Shown: positions 1 to 12,370 of the stretch, in pieces
Numbering within the stretch: the stretch's first letter is position 1
Layout of the letters: each line of letters starts with the position of its first letter
NCBI RefSeq assembly: GCF_018350175.1
Contig: NC_058368.1
Coordinates: 145,144,001 to 145,208,000, forward strand
From: Felis catus
Taxonomy: Eukaryota
Length of the DNA stretch: 64,000 bases
Direction of reading: 5' to 3'
Notes under the pieces: generated by a model
The model's database searches: none
Told to the model about the DNA's origin: nothing
The model's input: the letters and a program-made list of their open reading frames with translations, nothing else
Translations under genes and position numbers: made by a program

Positions 1-332
1 TGGTCTTTGATTTGATCTTATGTCAAATCAAGATTATCTCTGATATCATTCACTTATGTGAATTAGAAAGTCTTAATAGTAATCCTTACAAAGCTACATC
101 AAAAGTAGAAAAACATAATCAGAACCATAATATAAAATTATTTTAAACAAGAACATCCAAAAATCAATGATATATGATGTTAAACCATTTGGCTCTTCAA
201 TTTTTTCTTAATTCTTTTTTCTCAGTTTGTAAATATGAAAACATAGTTCTCTTTTTTCAAAATAAAGTGGTAATCCATGACCCATAGGATGGATAAATAC
301 TATATAAACATGTATTAAAAATTACTGGCCTT

Positions 333-556
333 GGGGCGCCTGGGTGGCGCAGTAGGTTAAGCGTCCGACTTCAGCCAGGTCACGATCTCGCGGTCTGTGA
401 GTTCGAGCCCCGCGTCAGGCTCGGGGCTGATGGCTCAGAGCCTGGAGCCTGTTTCCGATTCTGTGTCTCCCTCTCTCTCTGCCCCTCCCCCGTTCATGCT
501 CTGTCTCTCTCTGTCCCAAAAATAAATAAACGTTGAAAAAGAAAAAAAATTAAAAA
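333..556 (+). mobile_element. Can-SINE, young felid subfamily (SINEC_Fc-like)
   Basis: GGGGCGCCTGGGTGGCGCAG head, (CT)n tract, AATAAA and A-tail; perfect TSD AAAAATTACTGGCCTT at 317-332 and 557-572. Confidence 0.96.
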
Positions 557-1074
557 AAAAATTACTGGCCTTTATGGAACAAAGTTATAATTTATACTCT
601 GGAATTCAACACATGCAATAAATACTGATGCCAATGTACTCTGTAAGTTTACTCTTAGTATCTTGTAAATAATGTGCTTAATTTTTATTTTAATTTTTAA
701 ATAAAATACTTTTACTTTTACATGTTCAACTTCCTATCAAAACTCTACCAAGATTAAATGGAATCTCTCAAACTTAATTTTTTGAACTAATCTCTACATC
801 ACAATCTACCAGAAGAAATGACAACTTGCTTGTTTTTCCTGTTTTGTTGCTTTTTATAAGAACTTCCCTTTTTACAGGTACAATAAATTACATATGCAAA
901 TAAATAAAAGCAAAACAAGCAATCTGAACACTGTCAAACCACAAAGCTGCTTTTGGCATAAAGCTCTGCAGCCTGGTTACTTTGAAAGATTCATATATAA
1001 GAAACCCTGACTACAGGTAAAATTGAGTTTTATGCAGATACACCTATCACTAAAATAGAATATCTTATGCCCCT

Positions 1075-1110
<36 letters not shown>

Positions 1111-1496
1111 CACTCCCTCCAGTCAGCTATTTTAGCAGCCTAGTACATTGCTATAAGTTATCTCTTGTCATTTTAGACAATTAGGAAACAGCACATTCAA
1201 AAAGCATTCAACTTCTGCCTTTAAAAAAGTTAAATGAATAATTCTCTCATAACTGGAAGAAAAGAGGTCTTAGAAAGTAATTCTAAATTATAAGACCCTC
1301 CAATTTGGATCAAAATATTTAAATTTCTAAAATATTCTAATAAACTTGTTAAAATTGTAGCCTTCTTTGTCAAGCAAAATAAATACATCTAGAATCTCCC
1401 AATAATAGACAAAGGTCTTCCTGAGTTCATTTTAATGTAAAACAACAAGATAAAAATACTATCAATCAGCAAGATAAAATACTATCAGTCACCAAC

Positions 1497-1510
1497 ACAA
1501 TATATATATA

Positions 1511-1542
<32 letters not shown>

Positions 1543-1640
1543 CACACACATATATATGTGTATATGTTATGTGTGTGTGTATGTGTATATATATGTATAT
1601 GTATGTATGTATGTGTATATATGTATATATATATATATAT
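1497..1640. repeat. Compound (TA)n/(TG)n/(CA)n/(TATG)n microsatellite
   Basis: Directly visible; it explains the Y/I/H-rich ORFs in the track. Confidence 0.95.
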
Positions 1641-2226
1641 AAACACCCCAACAATCTCAGTATTCCATTGAATGAAAAATGTAACTTGGAAGTCAGCCAG
1701 AGGAGAACTAGTCATATAGTAGTAGACATAGAGGGAATAGAGAGGGCTCCCATGACTTTCAGACATCAGAAAAATGAGTCTCCTTTGCTCATAATAAATT
1801 ATGATTATAGGGATCCCCATCAATACATCAACAGCTGGAAGAGAAGGTCAGAAACCCCCAATTCAGCCACACAAGTAGTAATTCATTAGACTTAAAATTG
1901 AAATATTCTCACTGATAAGCTATATATTTCACATAATATCAGTTTATTAGAATTTACCTAAAGTAGACTATTTTATTTAAAATCAAACAAGTTCAAGAAT
2001 TGTCCTTTATAGTGTCTTCCAACTTTGCTAATGGATCTTATTTGTTAAGAAATCTAAGTAATTATTAACCCTAGATTTTTATTGATTCCTTTCCTCTTTC
2101 TATATAACTCATTCTGATCTGCCCAAATGTCACAATTTTAGGCAGCATTTGCCAGTAGCAATATAGCTTAGGAAACTGAAAGATCTCCCAAAGCATGTGA
2201 CAGTGGCTATATTTTGTCAGAATAGG

Positions 2227-2279
2227 GCCTGAGCCGAAATCAAGTCAGACGCTCAACTGACTGAGCCACCCAGGGCCCC
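2227..2279 (-). mobile_element. Can-SINE 5'-end fragment
   Basis: CCTGAGCCGAAATCAAGTCAGACGCTCAACTGACTGAGCCACCCAGGGCCCC is the reverse complement of the SINE head; no tail is present. Confidence 0.8.
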
Positions 2280-2636
2280 AAGAATGATATTTTCTGATTA
2301 GAATTGATAATTTAGACTATTTTATTTGGGCTAAAGCTACTTAAATGAGTTGGTAGATAACACGGAGAAGCAAAATCCTGTTACTTTGTACCTGTACCTG
2401 TTACTTTGCCTTTATAATTTCTTCAACACATAGGTAAAAAGATCATTGTTTAATTTATGTATTACTTCCACAATAACCGTAACCAAGAAAAAAAATGTAA
2501 TAAAATAGACAACATAGCAAAGTATCTCAAAGCCATCTTTAATAATTTAAAGGCCTGGTAAACCTAAAATAAGATATTTTTCACCTTGGTTTTTGTTTAG
2601 TTCAATGCAAGCATCTCCCTCCCTCAACTGTATTTT

Positions 2637-2863
2637 ATTTTTTTTTTTTAATTTTTTTTTCAACGTTTATTTATTTTTGGGACAGAGAGAGACAGAGCAT
2701 GAACGGGGGAGGGGCAGAGAGAGAGGGAGACACAGCATCGGAAACAGGCTCCAGGCTCCGAGCCATCAGCCCAGAGCCTGACACGGGGCTCAAACTCACG
2801 GACCGCGAGATCGTGACCTGGCTGAAGTCCGACACTTAACCGACTGCGCCACCCAGGCGCCCC
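2637..2863 (-). mobile_element. Can-SINE, young felid subfamily
   Basis: T-tail, GA-rich tract and ...CCACCCAGGCGCCCC end; TSD TCAACTGTATTTT. Confidence 0.96.
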
Positions 2864-3604
2864 ATCAACTGTATTTTAAATGACAGCAGGCTACTACTAC
2901 ACAACATAAGTAACTTACATATTTCAAAGTTCCTAGCCTTGGCAAGAGGAGAAGCAAAACAGATAATAAGAAGTATATCCATAGTATAAATTCTTACTAT
3001 GCACCATATAAGCAACCAACCAGCAAAGGTAAATGGACTTACTACATACAGAGCCCCATGAATTTAAGTAGATTTTTGTATATTTAATAAGCACTTAGAA
3101 AGAAAACATTCAAAGATGGTAGGTTATACAATCTTTAAGCCAGGACCATCATTGCCTCTCCAATCAATAATTGGTTACTTTCTAATTCATATCAAGACCA
3201 CTGCCCTTACTGGAAGATCTTTCAAATAAATGCCACTTTATTCAAGTTCCCACAAGAAAAATCAAATTGACCTGCATATGCTCTTCATTGTTGATTTTAC
3301 CTGAATGCAAGCATTGCTATATTAATGACCAAGGGAAAGTACTTTGGGATTTTGCTTAGAACAGCAATGGTTGTGAACTTTAATTCATCTCATGCTGGAT
3401 GTTGTGAATTATATAAAATACATATTGACAAAACTTAATATATCTTTTAACTATATAACAAAAAAATAAATAACAACCCTAATCCTATCAGTTACATTTC
3501 AAACCTCCAATAAAACAGTAATGAGATTTATGTAAAAGGCAATTATGCTATGAATGATATGTTACACAGGACTTAATCTAACTTATACTTTAAAAATTAA
3601 CTGA

Positions 3605-3835
3605 AGGTGCGCCTGGGTGGCTCAGTCGCTTGAGCGTCTGACTTCAGTTCAGGTCATGATCTCACAGTTCGTGAGTTCAGGCCCCGCATGGGGCTCTGTG
3701 CTGACAGCTCAGAGCCTGGAGCCTGTTTCAGATTGTGTGTGTGTGTGTCTCTCTCTCTCTGCCCCTCCCCCGCTCGCGCTCTGTCTCCCTCTGTATCAAA
3801 AATTAAAAAATAAAACAAAATAAAAATAATAAATA
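3605..3835 (+). mobile_element. Can-SINE
   Basis: GCGCCTGGGTGGCTCAGTC head, CT tract, A-rich tail; TSD TAAAAATTAACTGAA. Confidence 0.93.
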
Positions 3836-4215
3836 AAAATTAACTGAAATATATTTTTAAATAAGTAATAATATGGAATTAGTGTTTTACAAATATTTCA
3901 CAACATATTTTGTAAACTTGCCTGTTGACAGTGCAAAAGTGTTACAAATTTTATTGTGAAATGTTACATAAAAATGGAAGATCAATAATAAACCATACTT
4001 CATATCATTTCAATATGTCCATTGCTTTCCTCTGAGCTTACATTTGTCCTGTTAAAACTAACAAAACATATTTATCAACTCATCTGTGCGTTATTACATC
4101 TGGGTAAAATGGAATTGACATTTTTTAACATCTCGGATGACTTATTTCCTGTTTTCACAAGGGTAGAGAGTAAACTCTGTTCAAGTTACTTCCCTGCTTA
4201 AAAACCTTACAGTGA

Positions 4216-4445
4216 GGGGCACCTGAGTGGCTCTGTCTGTTAAGCAGCTGACCTCAGCTCAGGTCATGACTTCACCTCAGGTTATGATCTCACCGTTAGT
4301 GATCTCCAGCCTTGCATTGCTGTCAGCACAGAGCCTGCTTCAGATCCTTTCCCTCTCTCCGCCCCTCTCCCACTCATTTACACTCAGGCATGTTCTCTCT
4401 CCCTGTCTCTCTGTCTCTCTGTCTCTCTCAAAAATAAAGTAAAAA
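4216..4445 (+). mobile_element. Can-SINE (older, small internal duplication)
   Basis: GGGGCACCTGAGTGGCTC head; TSD AAAAACCTTA(C/T)AGTG. Confidence 0.9.
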
Positions 4446-5194
4446 ACCTTATAGTGGATCCCAAATAGCCTCAGGATGAACACAGAATTTGTTAGCTTTC
4501 AGAAGCTTGCCTTAGCTGATCAATGTAGCTTCCCCCACCTCTCCAAAATCACCCCTCTCCACCCACACAACTAAAGTACTAATGAAACTTTGTTTCTAGA
4601 AAACTTCTTTACAAGATGACAGAATCAAATAGCGTCCCCCTACTAACACCCGCACATACAAAATTAGCCAAGTAAAAAATCTCAATCTTTCTGTACTTAG
4701 TCTTTTCTCTGCTTCCTTTCTTAAGTGAGGCTGTCCACATTTGATGTCTCCACCTTCCTTCTTTATATTCAATTCCTTAAAACACTGCATGCTAGCTTAG
4801 GTCCACTCCAGTGAAACTATTCTCCCTAAATTCACAGATAATCTCTTATTCTAAAAACTGGACCCTTGTTTAACCTCCTCATTCATTCTACTATATAGCT
4901 GGCATAACTCAGTAACTCAGGCCTCCATTCACCGAAGTCCTTGACCTCTGTGACACCAGTCCTTAGGAGTTTCCCTCTCATCTCCTTGGTATTCCTTTTC
5001 AGTCTGCCTCAAATTCCTCTTCCACTTGTCCCTTAAATATTCCCTAAAGTTCCATCTGTGGTCTCTTCACACTTTCTCCCTGGACATTCCCATGAAGGAT
5101 GATTTCATTCCGATCTCACGGCTTTAACTGATTATACTAGTGAAGAAAATTAGGCCATGTATAAGGAAGAAAACCAATTTCTGCTGCTAAATGT

Positions 5195-5362
5195 TGAGGG
5201 GCTGAAGGTGCACAGTATGTGTGCAGCTTCTGGGGTGCTGGTGAAGTTTTTTCTTGATGTGGGTATTTGGTCATGCTGGTGTGTTCAGTTAGTGAAAATT
5301 CATCAACCTGTACACATATGATATGGGCACTTTTCTTGCATGAATGTCATACTTCAATAAAG
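5195..5362 (+). mobile_element. Ancient L1 (L1M-type) 3' end fragment
   Basis: GCTTCTGGGGTGCTGGT...GTGAAAATTCATCAACCTGTACAC...ATACTTCAATAAAG resembles old L1M 3' UTR termini. Confidence 0.75.
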
Positions 5363-5363
5363 T

Positions 5364-5550
5364 TTTTTTTGGGGGGGGGAGGGGCACAAGTGAATGAGGG
5401 TCAGAGAGAGAAGAGGAAGAAAGATAGAACTGGGGATCACCCAAAGCAGGGCTCATGCTTACCCCAAGGGGGGCTTGAACTCATGAACCATGAGATCATG
5501 ACCTGAGCCAAAGTCGGATGCTTAACCCACTAAGCCACCCAAGCACCCCT
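5364..5550 (-). mobile_element. Can-SINE (older)
   Basis: GGGCTTGAACTCATGAACCATGAGATCATGACCTGAGCC...GCCACCCAAGCACCCC. Confidence 0.88.
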
Positions 5551-5579
5551 AAAGTTGTTTTTTTTTTTTTTAAGAGACA

Positions 5580-5765
5580 AAGAATGAGCTATACCTGAGT
5601 TCAGATTCCTGGTTTGACATGTGTGACTTGGCTAACTTACTTATTAAAGCTTTAGTTTCCTCATCAAAATGGAGATAATACTACCAATTTCACAGCACTG
5701 GTTAAAGAATGACATAAAATATGAACAAAGGTGTCTGGCACAATGCTTGAAACACAGGTACCTTA
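5580..5765 (+). mobile_element. MIR SINE
   Basis: MIR core-like TGTGTGACTTGG...AGTTTCCTCATCAAAATGGAGATAATA. Confidence 0.75.
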
Positions 5766-5799
5766 TGCTTACAAGTGTTACTTCTCTTTCCCCATCCTT

Positions 5800-6580
5800 T
5801 CTTGATTTTGTACCTCCAGCTCAAGAACAACACATCTGATTTCCTCTGAACATGCTCCATCTCTAGGTATGAATGGCACCTCAAACTGAACTCATCATCT
5901 TCTTCCTTACATCTCCTATCTGTTGTTCCTTCTGTAGTCCCTCCAAGGCTATGAATGAAACTTCTATCCATAATTACAGCCATCTTAAAAATTCTAATGT
6001 TTTCACATTTAAGTCACCAAGTCCTCTGTATTCTATATCCTAAGACATCTGCTGGACTGCCACTAGGGTAGAAACATGATGTATTATTACCACGGCTTAC
6101 TTATTACAATAGCTTTCTAACATTTCTGTCTCACCCTTTACCCCACCTTCCATATTACTTCCAGAATGATTCTTCTAAAATGTACCTCAGATGATGTCAC
6201 TTTTCTGCTTAAAATTGCTTCTCTCTCAGGTCAAGCTGTCATTCAAGGTCATTCTTGAAATAGCTCCTGTTTAACTAGCCAGACATATCTGGCAGCCTAT
6301 CTTACACCTATTCTACAGCACATCCAGTCATACCAAACTTTCTTATAGTTCACCGAATATAGCGTACTCCTTAAAACTTTCCTGCTTCTGTACATGTTTC
6401 TCTCACTTCCTAGAATACTCTTTACTCTGTGCCCCCATAGAACTCAAATGTGGCTAATGCTTATTTCTTGTTTAATAAACATCCTCTTAGGAATATCTCC
6501 TGAGAATATCATAGCCCTATGCTGGATTCATGCCTCTTTTCAGAATTCCCATGCACCTTCTACATAGGCATAGTGCTTGC
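5800..6580 (+). mobile_element. Degraded L2 LINE fragments
   Basis: L2-like motifs: GGCACCTCAAACTGAACTCATCATCTTC, AGTCACCAAGTCCT, ATGATGTCACTTTTCTGCTTAAAA. Confidence 0.6.
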
Positions 6581-6787
6581 TTCCTAGCAAGGTAACATGA
6601 GTTCCCTCATGTGATTGCTTCAGCTGCACATAAACTTAAAAAAAACAACAAAAAAAAAAATGGGACCAATAGTTGAGTCCCATCTGGAAAGTAAAGTCCT
6701 GGTGGGCAGAGACTGCATTGTTATTCAGATCTGATTCAGGAGGATCAAAGTAAGCTGACAAAGAGAGACAGTTAACATTTCTTTCAT

Positions 6788-6955
6788 TTTTTTTTTTTTT
6801 AAGTTTATTTATTTATTTTGAGAAAGAATCCCAAGCAGGTCCCACACCATCAGTGCAGAGCCTAATGCGGGGCTGGATCTTATGAACCATGAGATCAAGA
6901 CCTGGGATGAAACCAAGAGTCAGACGCTTAACCGACTGAGCCACTCAAGCACCCC
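6788..6955 (-). mobile_element. Can-SINE (lacks most of the CT tract)
   Basis: T-tail, then AGAATCCCAAGCAGG...GACTGAGCCACTCAAGCACCCC. Confidence 0.88.
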
Positions 6956-6959
6956 AAAC

Positions 6960-7650
6960 AGATCTACTCTCTACCCTTTCTGTCCTGCTGTGACCTAAGA
7001 GGCTGATCTCTAAAGAGTATATTATCTCATTTCCCTTGCCATCTGGACTCCAGTTGGGTTCTACAGAAAGGAGGCATCAGCTTATCAGATGGCAGGAATA
7101 GAGAGAAGATCTCTCCCCTGCTGGGCCTTCAGCCTCTATTTACAGGGGGTTTGACAGTGGCTGTGGCCCTCTTCATAAAATCTCAGGTCCAGGAGGGTGG
7201 TCTTTCTGCAATGACCATGGCACTCACCAGATTGTGGTAGATTGCCCCCTTTCCCCTTCAGAACTAAGAGGGGTAGGGGCGCCTGGGTGGCTCAGTCGGT
7301 TAAGTGTCCGACTTCAGCTCAGGTCACGACCTCGCGGTCCGCGGGTTCCAGCCCCACCTTGGGCTCTGAGCTGATGGCTCGAAGCCTGGAGCCTGCTTCC
7401 GGTTCTGTGTCTCCCTCTCTCTCTGCCCCTCCCCCGTTCATGCTCTGTCTCTCTCTGTCTCAAAAATAAATAAACGTTAAAAAAATTTTTTTTTTTTTAA
7501 AAAAGAACTAAGAGGGGTAAAGCTTCCCTTGTTGCTAACTCCTGGATGTCCCTCCATCCCTGGTGGGTTTTAATCTTAAACATACTTGCTTTAACCTCTG
7601 TCCGGTTTTCCTTTTGAAGGAGCAATCCTGCTGGGGATCGAGCTAATACA
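6960..7650. mobile_element. Ancient ERVL-type LTR (LTR33-like), interrupted by a SINE
   Basis: GAGGCTGATCTCT...TCCCTTGCCATCTGGACTCCAGTTGGGTT resembles my recollection of LTR33. Confidence 0.5.
7276..7503 (+). mobile_element. Can-SINE, felid subfamily
   Basis: Full head, CT tract and tail; perfect TSD AGAACTAAGAGGGGTA. Confidence 0.96.
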
Positions 7651-8976
7651 AACACAGAAATATTTGGCAACTAACAACATTTTTGCCAATGCTTGCTATG
7701 AGTTCTCTGGCTAATGATATACTCATCCTATGGAAAAGCATCAGCACCCTTTAAGGTTTAATACAGACTTGCCTACACTCAAATCTTTTTGGTCCTGAAT
7801 TTATAAATCCAACTCACTTACATAATTGACCCAGCACCAATTTGAATTCAAAATGAATTATTAAGTCATTTCCCAAGATGAACGCCTACCTAAAAACTAT
7901 TCCCACTATATACACATACACACACATATATTGTGTGCATGTAATGTATTCAATGGTAAGAAACTTCACTTAAGTTTTTCCATTACGGTATTTCTAAATG
8001 AAAGAATAACCATATCAGTCTCTCAGTTTAAATCAAGATTTTAAAAATGCTAATTGAAATACTTTTAATAGCTTCATAATAACTACTACTGCTTAAATGC
8101 ACTGAATGAAGCATAATCATCACATAATTTTAATCCAGTTATAAATGACAAGCAGCTCATGATGCTGTAAAAAAATGAACAAAGGAAATGTTTCTATTTT
8201 TCTAATATTTAGTACTATAGAAATGTACTATAGTACTATAGTACTAGACTCAGTATGGTTGTACTGTTGCTCCTAGAGCACACGGAACTTTCCAGATGCC
8301 CTAGCCAAAAAACAAACAAAAAACCAACAAGTCATATGCTGGTTGGAAGACTCATAATTAGAGAAGAAAGTTTTTTTTGAGACATTACATATTCCTCATC
8401 TGTTTATTTCTGACTCTAAAATTTACTAAGGAAAGCAATTTATGCCAGATTACCTCACCTCTACATACAACAAGAATGGAGAAAATGCTTTACCTGAAAT
8501 TATAACCTGAGCGCCTAATTGGCATCTTCCTCTGACAAGCATTACATTCAAGTTGTTAAATCTCAGATACCACATAAAGAATTTGGATCTATCTGTGAAG
8601 TACTTTTGGTAGCTATATAATTCTGCCCACCTTTTTGGCAGATGTAAAACGCTTTCCTTAACGTCTCTCTTTTCTATTGCATCCCACCCCAACTAAAAAT
8701 GATGGATATATGAGAAGAGAACTAACCAAACTCCCTCCCACTCCCCACCCTCACAACTCCCATTATTTTTCCCATTATTAAGCAATGAAACACTCAGGCA
8801 AAATGGTTAAAATTGGCACTGAAGGAAGAAATCTGAATTTGAATCCAGAAGATGCAACTTACTAAGGCCTTGGACAAAGTATATAACTTCACTGAGACTC
8901 TGTTCATATGTAAAATGAAAATTATACCTACTTCAGGAAGGTGCTAAGGATTTAAGCAACAACAACAACAAAAAAA

Positions 8977-9262
8977 AGCCAGACACAAAAAGACAAATAT
9001 TGCATGGTTACACTCATACACGTAGCTACAGTAGTCAAATTCATGTGACAAAAAATAGAATGGTGGTTGCCAGAGGCTGGTGGAAGGGGAAGTGGGTAGT
9101 TATTTAATAGGTACAGAGTTTCAGTTTGGGGCGATGAAAAAGTTCTAGAGGTGGATGGTGGTGATGGTTGCATAACAATGTGAACGTGCCATTAAAACGT
9201 ACACCTAAGACTTGTTAAAACGGTAAATTTTATGTTGTACTATTTTATCACGATAAAAAAGA
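8977..9262 (+). mobile_element. L1MB-type LINE-1 3' end
   Basis: AGCCAGACACAAAAAGACAAATATTG...GTACAGAGTTTCAGTTTGGG...GATGGTGGTGATGGTTGC...GGTAAATTTTATGTT...ATAAAAAA. Confidence 0.88.
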
Positions 9263-11089
9263 AAACAACAAGGGAATAGTCTATCATTAATCCATATCAA
9301 GACTTTCCCTTCCTTATTACAGAGGTTCCCTTTCCCTATTGCTATTCCAGCTCTCCAAATCAAAACTAACTGGTAAAGGAATAGAGAAGAGTTCCTTGAT
9401 CAAAGAGCCTAAACATTCATAAATTAGAAATCCAACCTACCCCAAATTCCAAACCAACTTCCATAACAAAAGCATAAAGATTCAAACCAAAATCAGATCT
9501 TATTTATAATGTAGCATTCTTGGAGTTAAATAATTGTGTAAGATTGTGTTTAACTCATACTATAACAATATTTTTCATTTAACCAAACTACTGACATATA
9601 CTTTTAACTATTATCTAATCCATGATTCTAGGTTGAATCAAACCCATACATAAGCCTTCTTAAAATACACATTAATCTCTCATTTTAAAAGAGGTAGCCA
9701 TAGTATAATAAAAGAAACACTGACCCTGGAACCAAAAGAAAATCTAAATATGTCTCACTTCTCCCACATCTCTATTACCCTACCTGAGTAAGAATTTCTA
9801 CCTATAAATATCAAGAGTCAATGAGAATTATCATCTATTTCACAGAATTATTATGAGACTTCAGTAAAATAATGTATATTAAAATACCTTGAAACTATAA
9901 AGTATAATTCTGTTTATATTATTAAATTTGTTGAAATAACAAGGAGATTATTCTCCTTATTAATTGAAAATTCATATTAAAAATTCATATTAAAAATACA
10001 CACATTTCTCTGAGTAATACAATAGGTAGTCTCCTATAGTCCTGAAATTCACAAAATGACCACTAAATTCCCACATTATAGAAAACTCTTCTTTGGAAAT
10101 TACCTCACAATACTGGTACCAAATATTAGAATATTGAAAAGAAAATAAACCAGATATAGTGATATCCTATTATGATATTTTTATAATTGGTTACATCCTG
10201 AATCCATTTATTCCACAAATACCTAATCAGAATTCCAAGCACTATGCTAAGCAGTAGGAATACACCTGAGAAGATGACACTGTGGCTCTTGGCCTCAGAG
10301 AGGTTCCAATCTAACCTGGAGAGGAGACATTAAACAAAACATCATACAAATAATTCATTAATTTATGATGGATGTAAAAAGGAAAAGGAGAGGCTGCATA
10401 AATAAGAGGGTCTAATCCAACCTGGGAAATTTATGAGAAATAATTACACCAGTTGTACCATCCTTTGCCAAAACGATAGGTTTTAAGTGTTTAATAAATC
10501 TTTGCTATTTCTATCAACATTATTATAAAAGCCATATGCTCCACTGTTCTTATTAGAACAAGTACATCCCTGCATTCAGGAAATGAAAGACAGTCAATCT
10601 TATTAGCTAGGAAAGCCCAGAAAAACTAGACCCACCATCCAATTCCTCAGTAAAAAACAAAGCCAGGCTCTAGGAAGCAGCGGTTCTTTTTCCAAATTTG
10701 ACTAATATTTTATAAATCTTTGATTAATTATGCTGATGCTAAAAGATTTCCTCAATTATTAGACCTATCTGAAATACTCTAACCCTTAAACTTCTCATGA
10801 CTGATACTTTAAATATTACTCAGGACCCTACTTAAATGTCTCCTTCTCTAAGAACCTTCCCTTGACTACCAAGTCTACCATCGCCTCCCACTCACGGTCT
10901 ATATTACCCTACTTTATTACTTTTTTTTTTTTTTTTTTTAGCTCCTTTGACTATCTGAAGTTGCCTACCACATTTATTTACTTGTTTATTATTATATGTT
11001 TTTCCTTCAACCTTGAAGGTAAGACCCATGAAAGGAGGGACCCATTGTATTTTCTCCATATCCTCAAGATACATCTTCCTGGCCAAAGA

Positions 11090-11570
11090 TCTCCTGTTTT
11101 GTTTAGGTAGTTCAGGCACAATGGAGACAAGGTTTCCGATTCAGAGGATGAAGATGACCTATTTAAGCCAATTATAATAATCCCATTACCTTTGCCAGTA
11201 ATTGGTTTAAAGTAGGGGTAAGAAATGTTGCAATTCTCTTCCATATGGCCTAAGAAGATATCTGCTAAGTAACTTCAAGGTTTTCTTCCTTAATTAATTA
11301 GACACAAGGAAAAACCTTACCCTTCTTCCTGCCTTTGACTTGGCTGCACAAGGAAGTGATACTGGGAATGTGGTGCAGGGATGTTGTGTTGATTGGAGGG
11401 AAACGATGAGGAATGATAAAGAAAATGATCCCTGATATTCTTGAGGCACTGAATCAACTCTGAAACTACCTCTTCCAGACATCCTGTTATGTGAGATTTA
11501 TTTTTAAACCCTGATCAATTAAACCATTTTCTATCTCCTGTCTTAATACCTGCCGCCAAAAGCATGACAA
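11090..11570 (+). mobile_element. Old MaLR LTR (MLT1J/K-like)
   Basis: 3' signature CTACCTCTTCCAGACATCCTGTTATGTGAGA...TTAAACCATTTTCT resembles late MLT1 families. Confidence 0.5.
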
Positions 11571-12123
11571 ACTCTTAAGCCTCTGTTTCTTCTGTAACAT
11601 TAACAGAAAATAGCACCTACAATCTAGTGGATTCTTGGAGGGATTAAATGAGACAATGCAAGTAAAGGGCCAAAACAAACAAAATACGCAAATGATAGCA
11701 CTGCTGTCATTGTTAATATTAAAAAAATAACTTTCTATGGCAAAATTCCACAAGCTCTTCATGAAGTATTTAGGATTTTATTTTACAGAAAACATTTATT
11801 TTAATCCTGTTTAAATAAAATCAAGTTTAATAGAATAATGAATTTACCTAGCTTTCTTCTATCAGTGAAGTAGCTTTGGTTCTTTCTCAAGCCTGAAGTA
11901 GGTAAATAAAAGAAGATTCAAGCCAAATATCAGATCACTAAAAAAAAAATAACCATATCAATTTCAGGCAAGAGCCTGTTTTGAGTACCAACTCCTCTCT
12001 GAGCTTACATGGACAGAGCCACATATAACTTTTCATCTACTACTCTTACCTTCACAAATATTTCACCAGTATTTTAATATGGTTTAGATTATACTAATTA
12101 ATAATGAAAATATATTAGTTATT

Positions 12124-12370
12124 GGGGTGTCTAGGTGGGTCAGTAGGTTAAGCATCTGCTAGATTTCAGCTCAGGTCATTATCTCACGATTCATGAGATG
12201 GAGCCCCACATCGGGGTCTGTGCCAACAGTGTGGAGCTTGCTTGGGATTCTCTCTCTCGCCCTCTCTCTCTGTCCCTCCCCCACTCATTCTCTCTCCCTC
12301 CCTCTCTCTGTCTCTCTCTCTCCCCCTCAGTCCCTCTCTCTGTCTCTCTCAATAAACAAATTTTATTTTA
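12124..12370 (+). mobile_element. Can-SINE (older)
   Basis: GGGGTGTCTAGGTGGGTCAG head, TCAGCTCAGGTCAT, long CT tract, AATAAA. Confidence 0.9.

Noticed and set aside
333..420. tRNA-like A/B-box sequence
   Set aside because: This is the tRNA-derived head of a Can-SINE, followed by a CT tract, A-tail and TSDs; it is not a tRNA gene. The same applies to the other copies.
1466..1889. Y/I/H/C/V-rich ORFs
   Set aside because: Translations of the TA/TG microsatellite.
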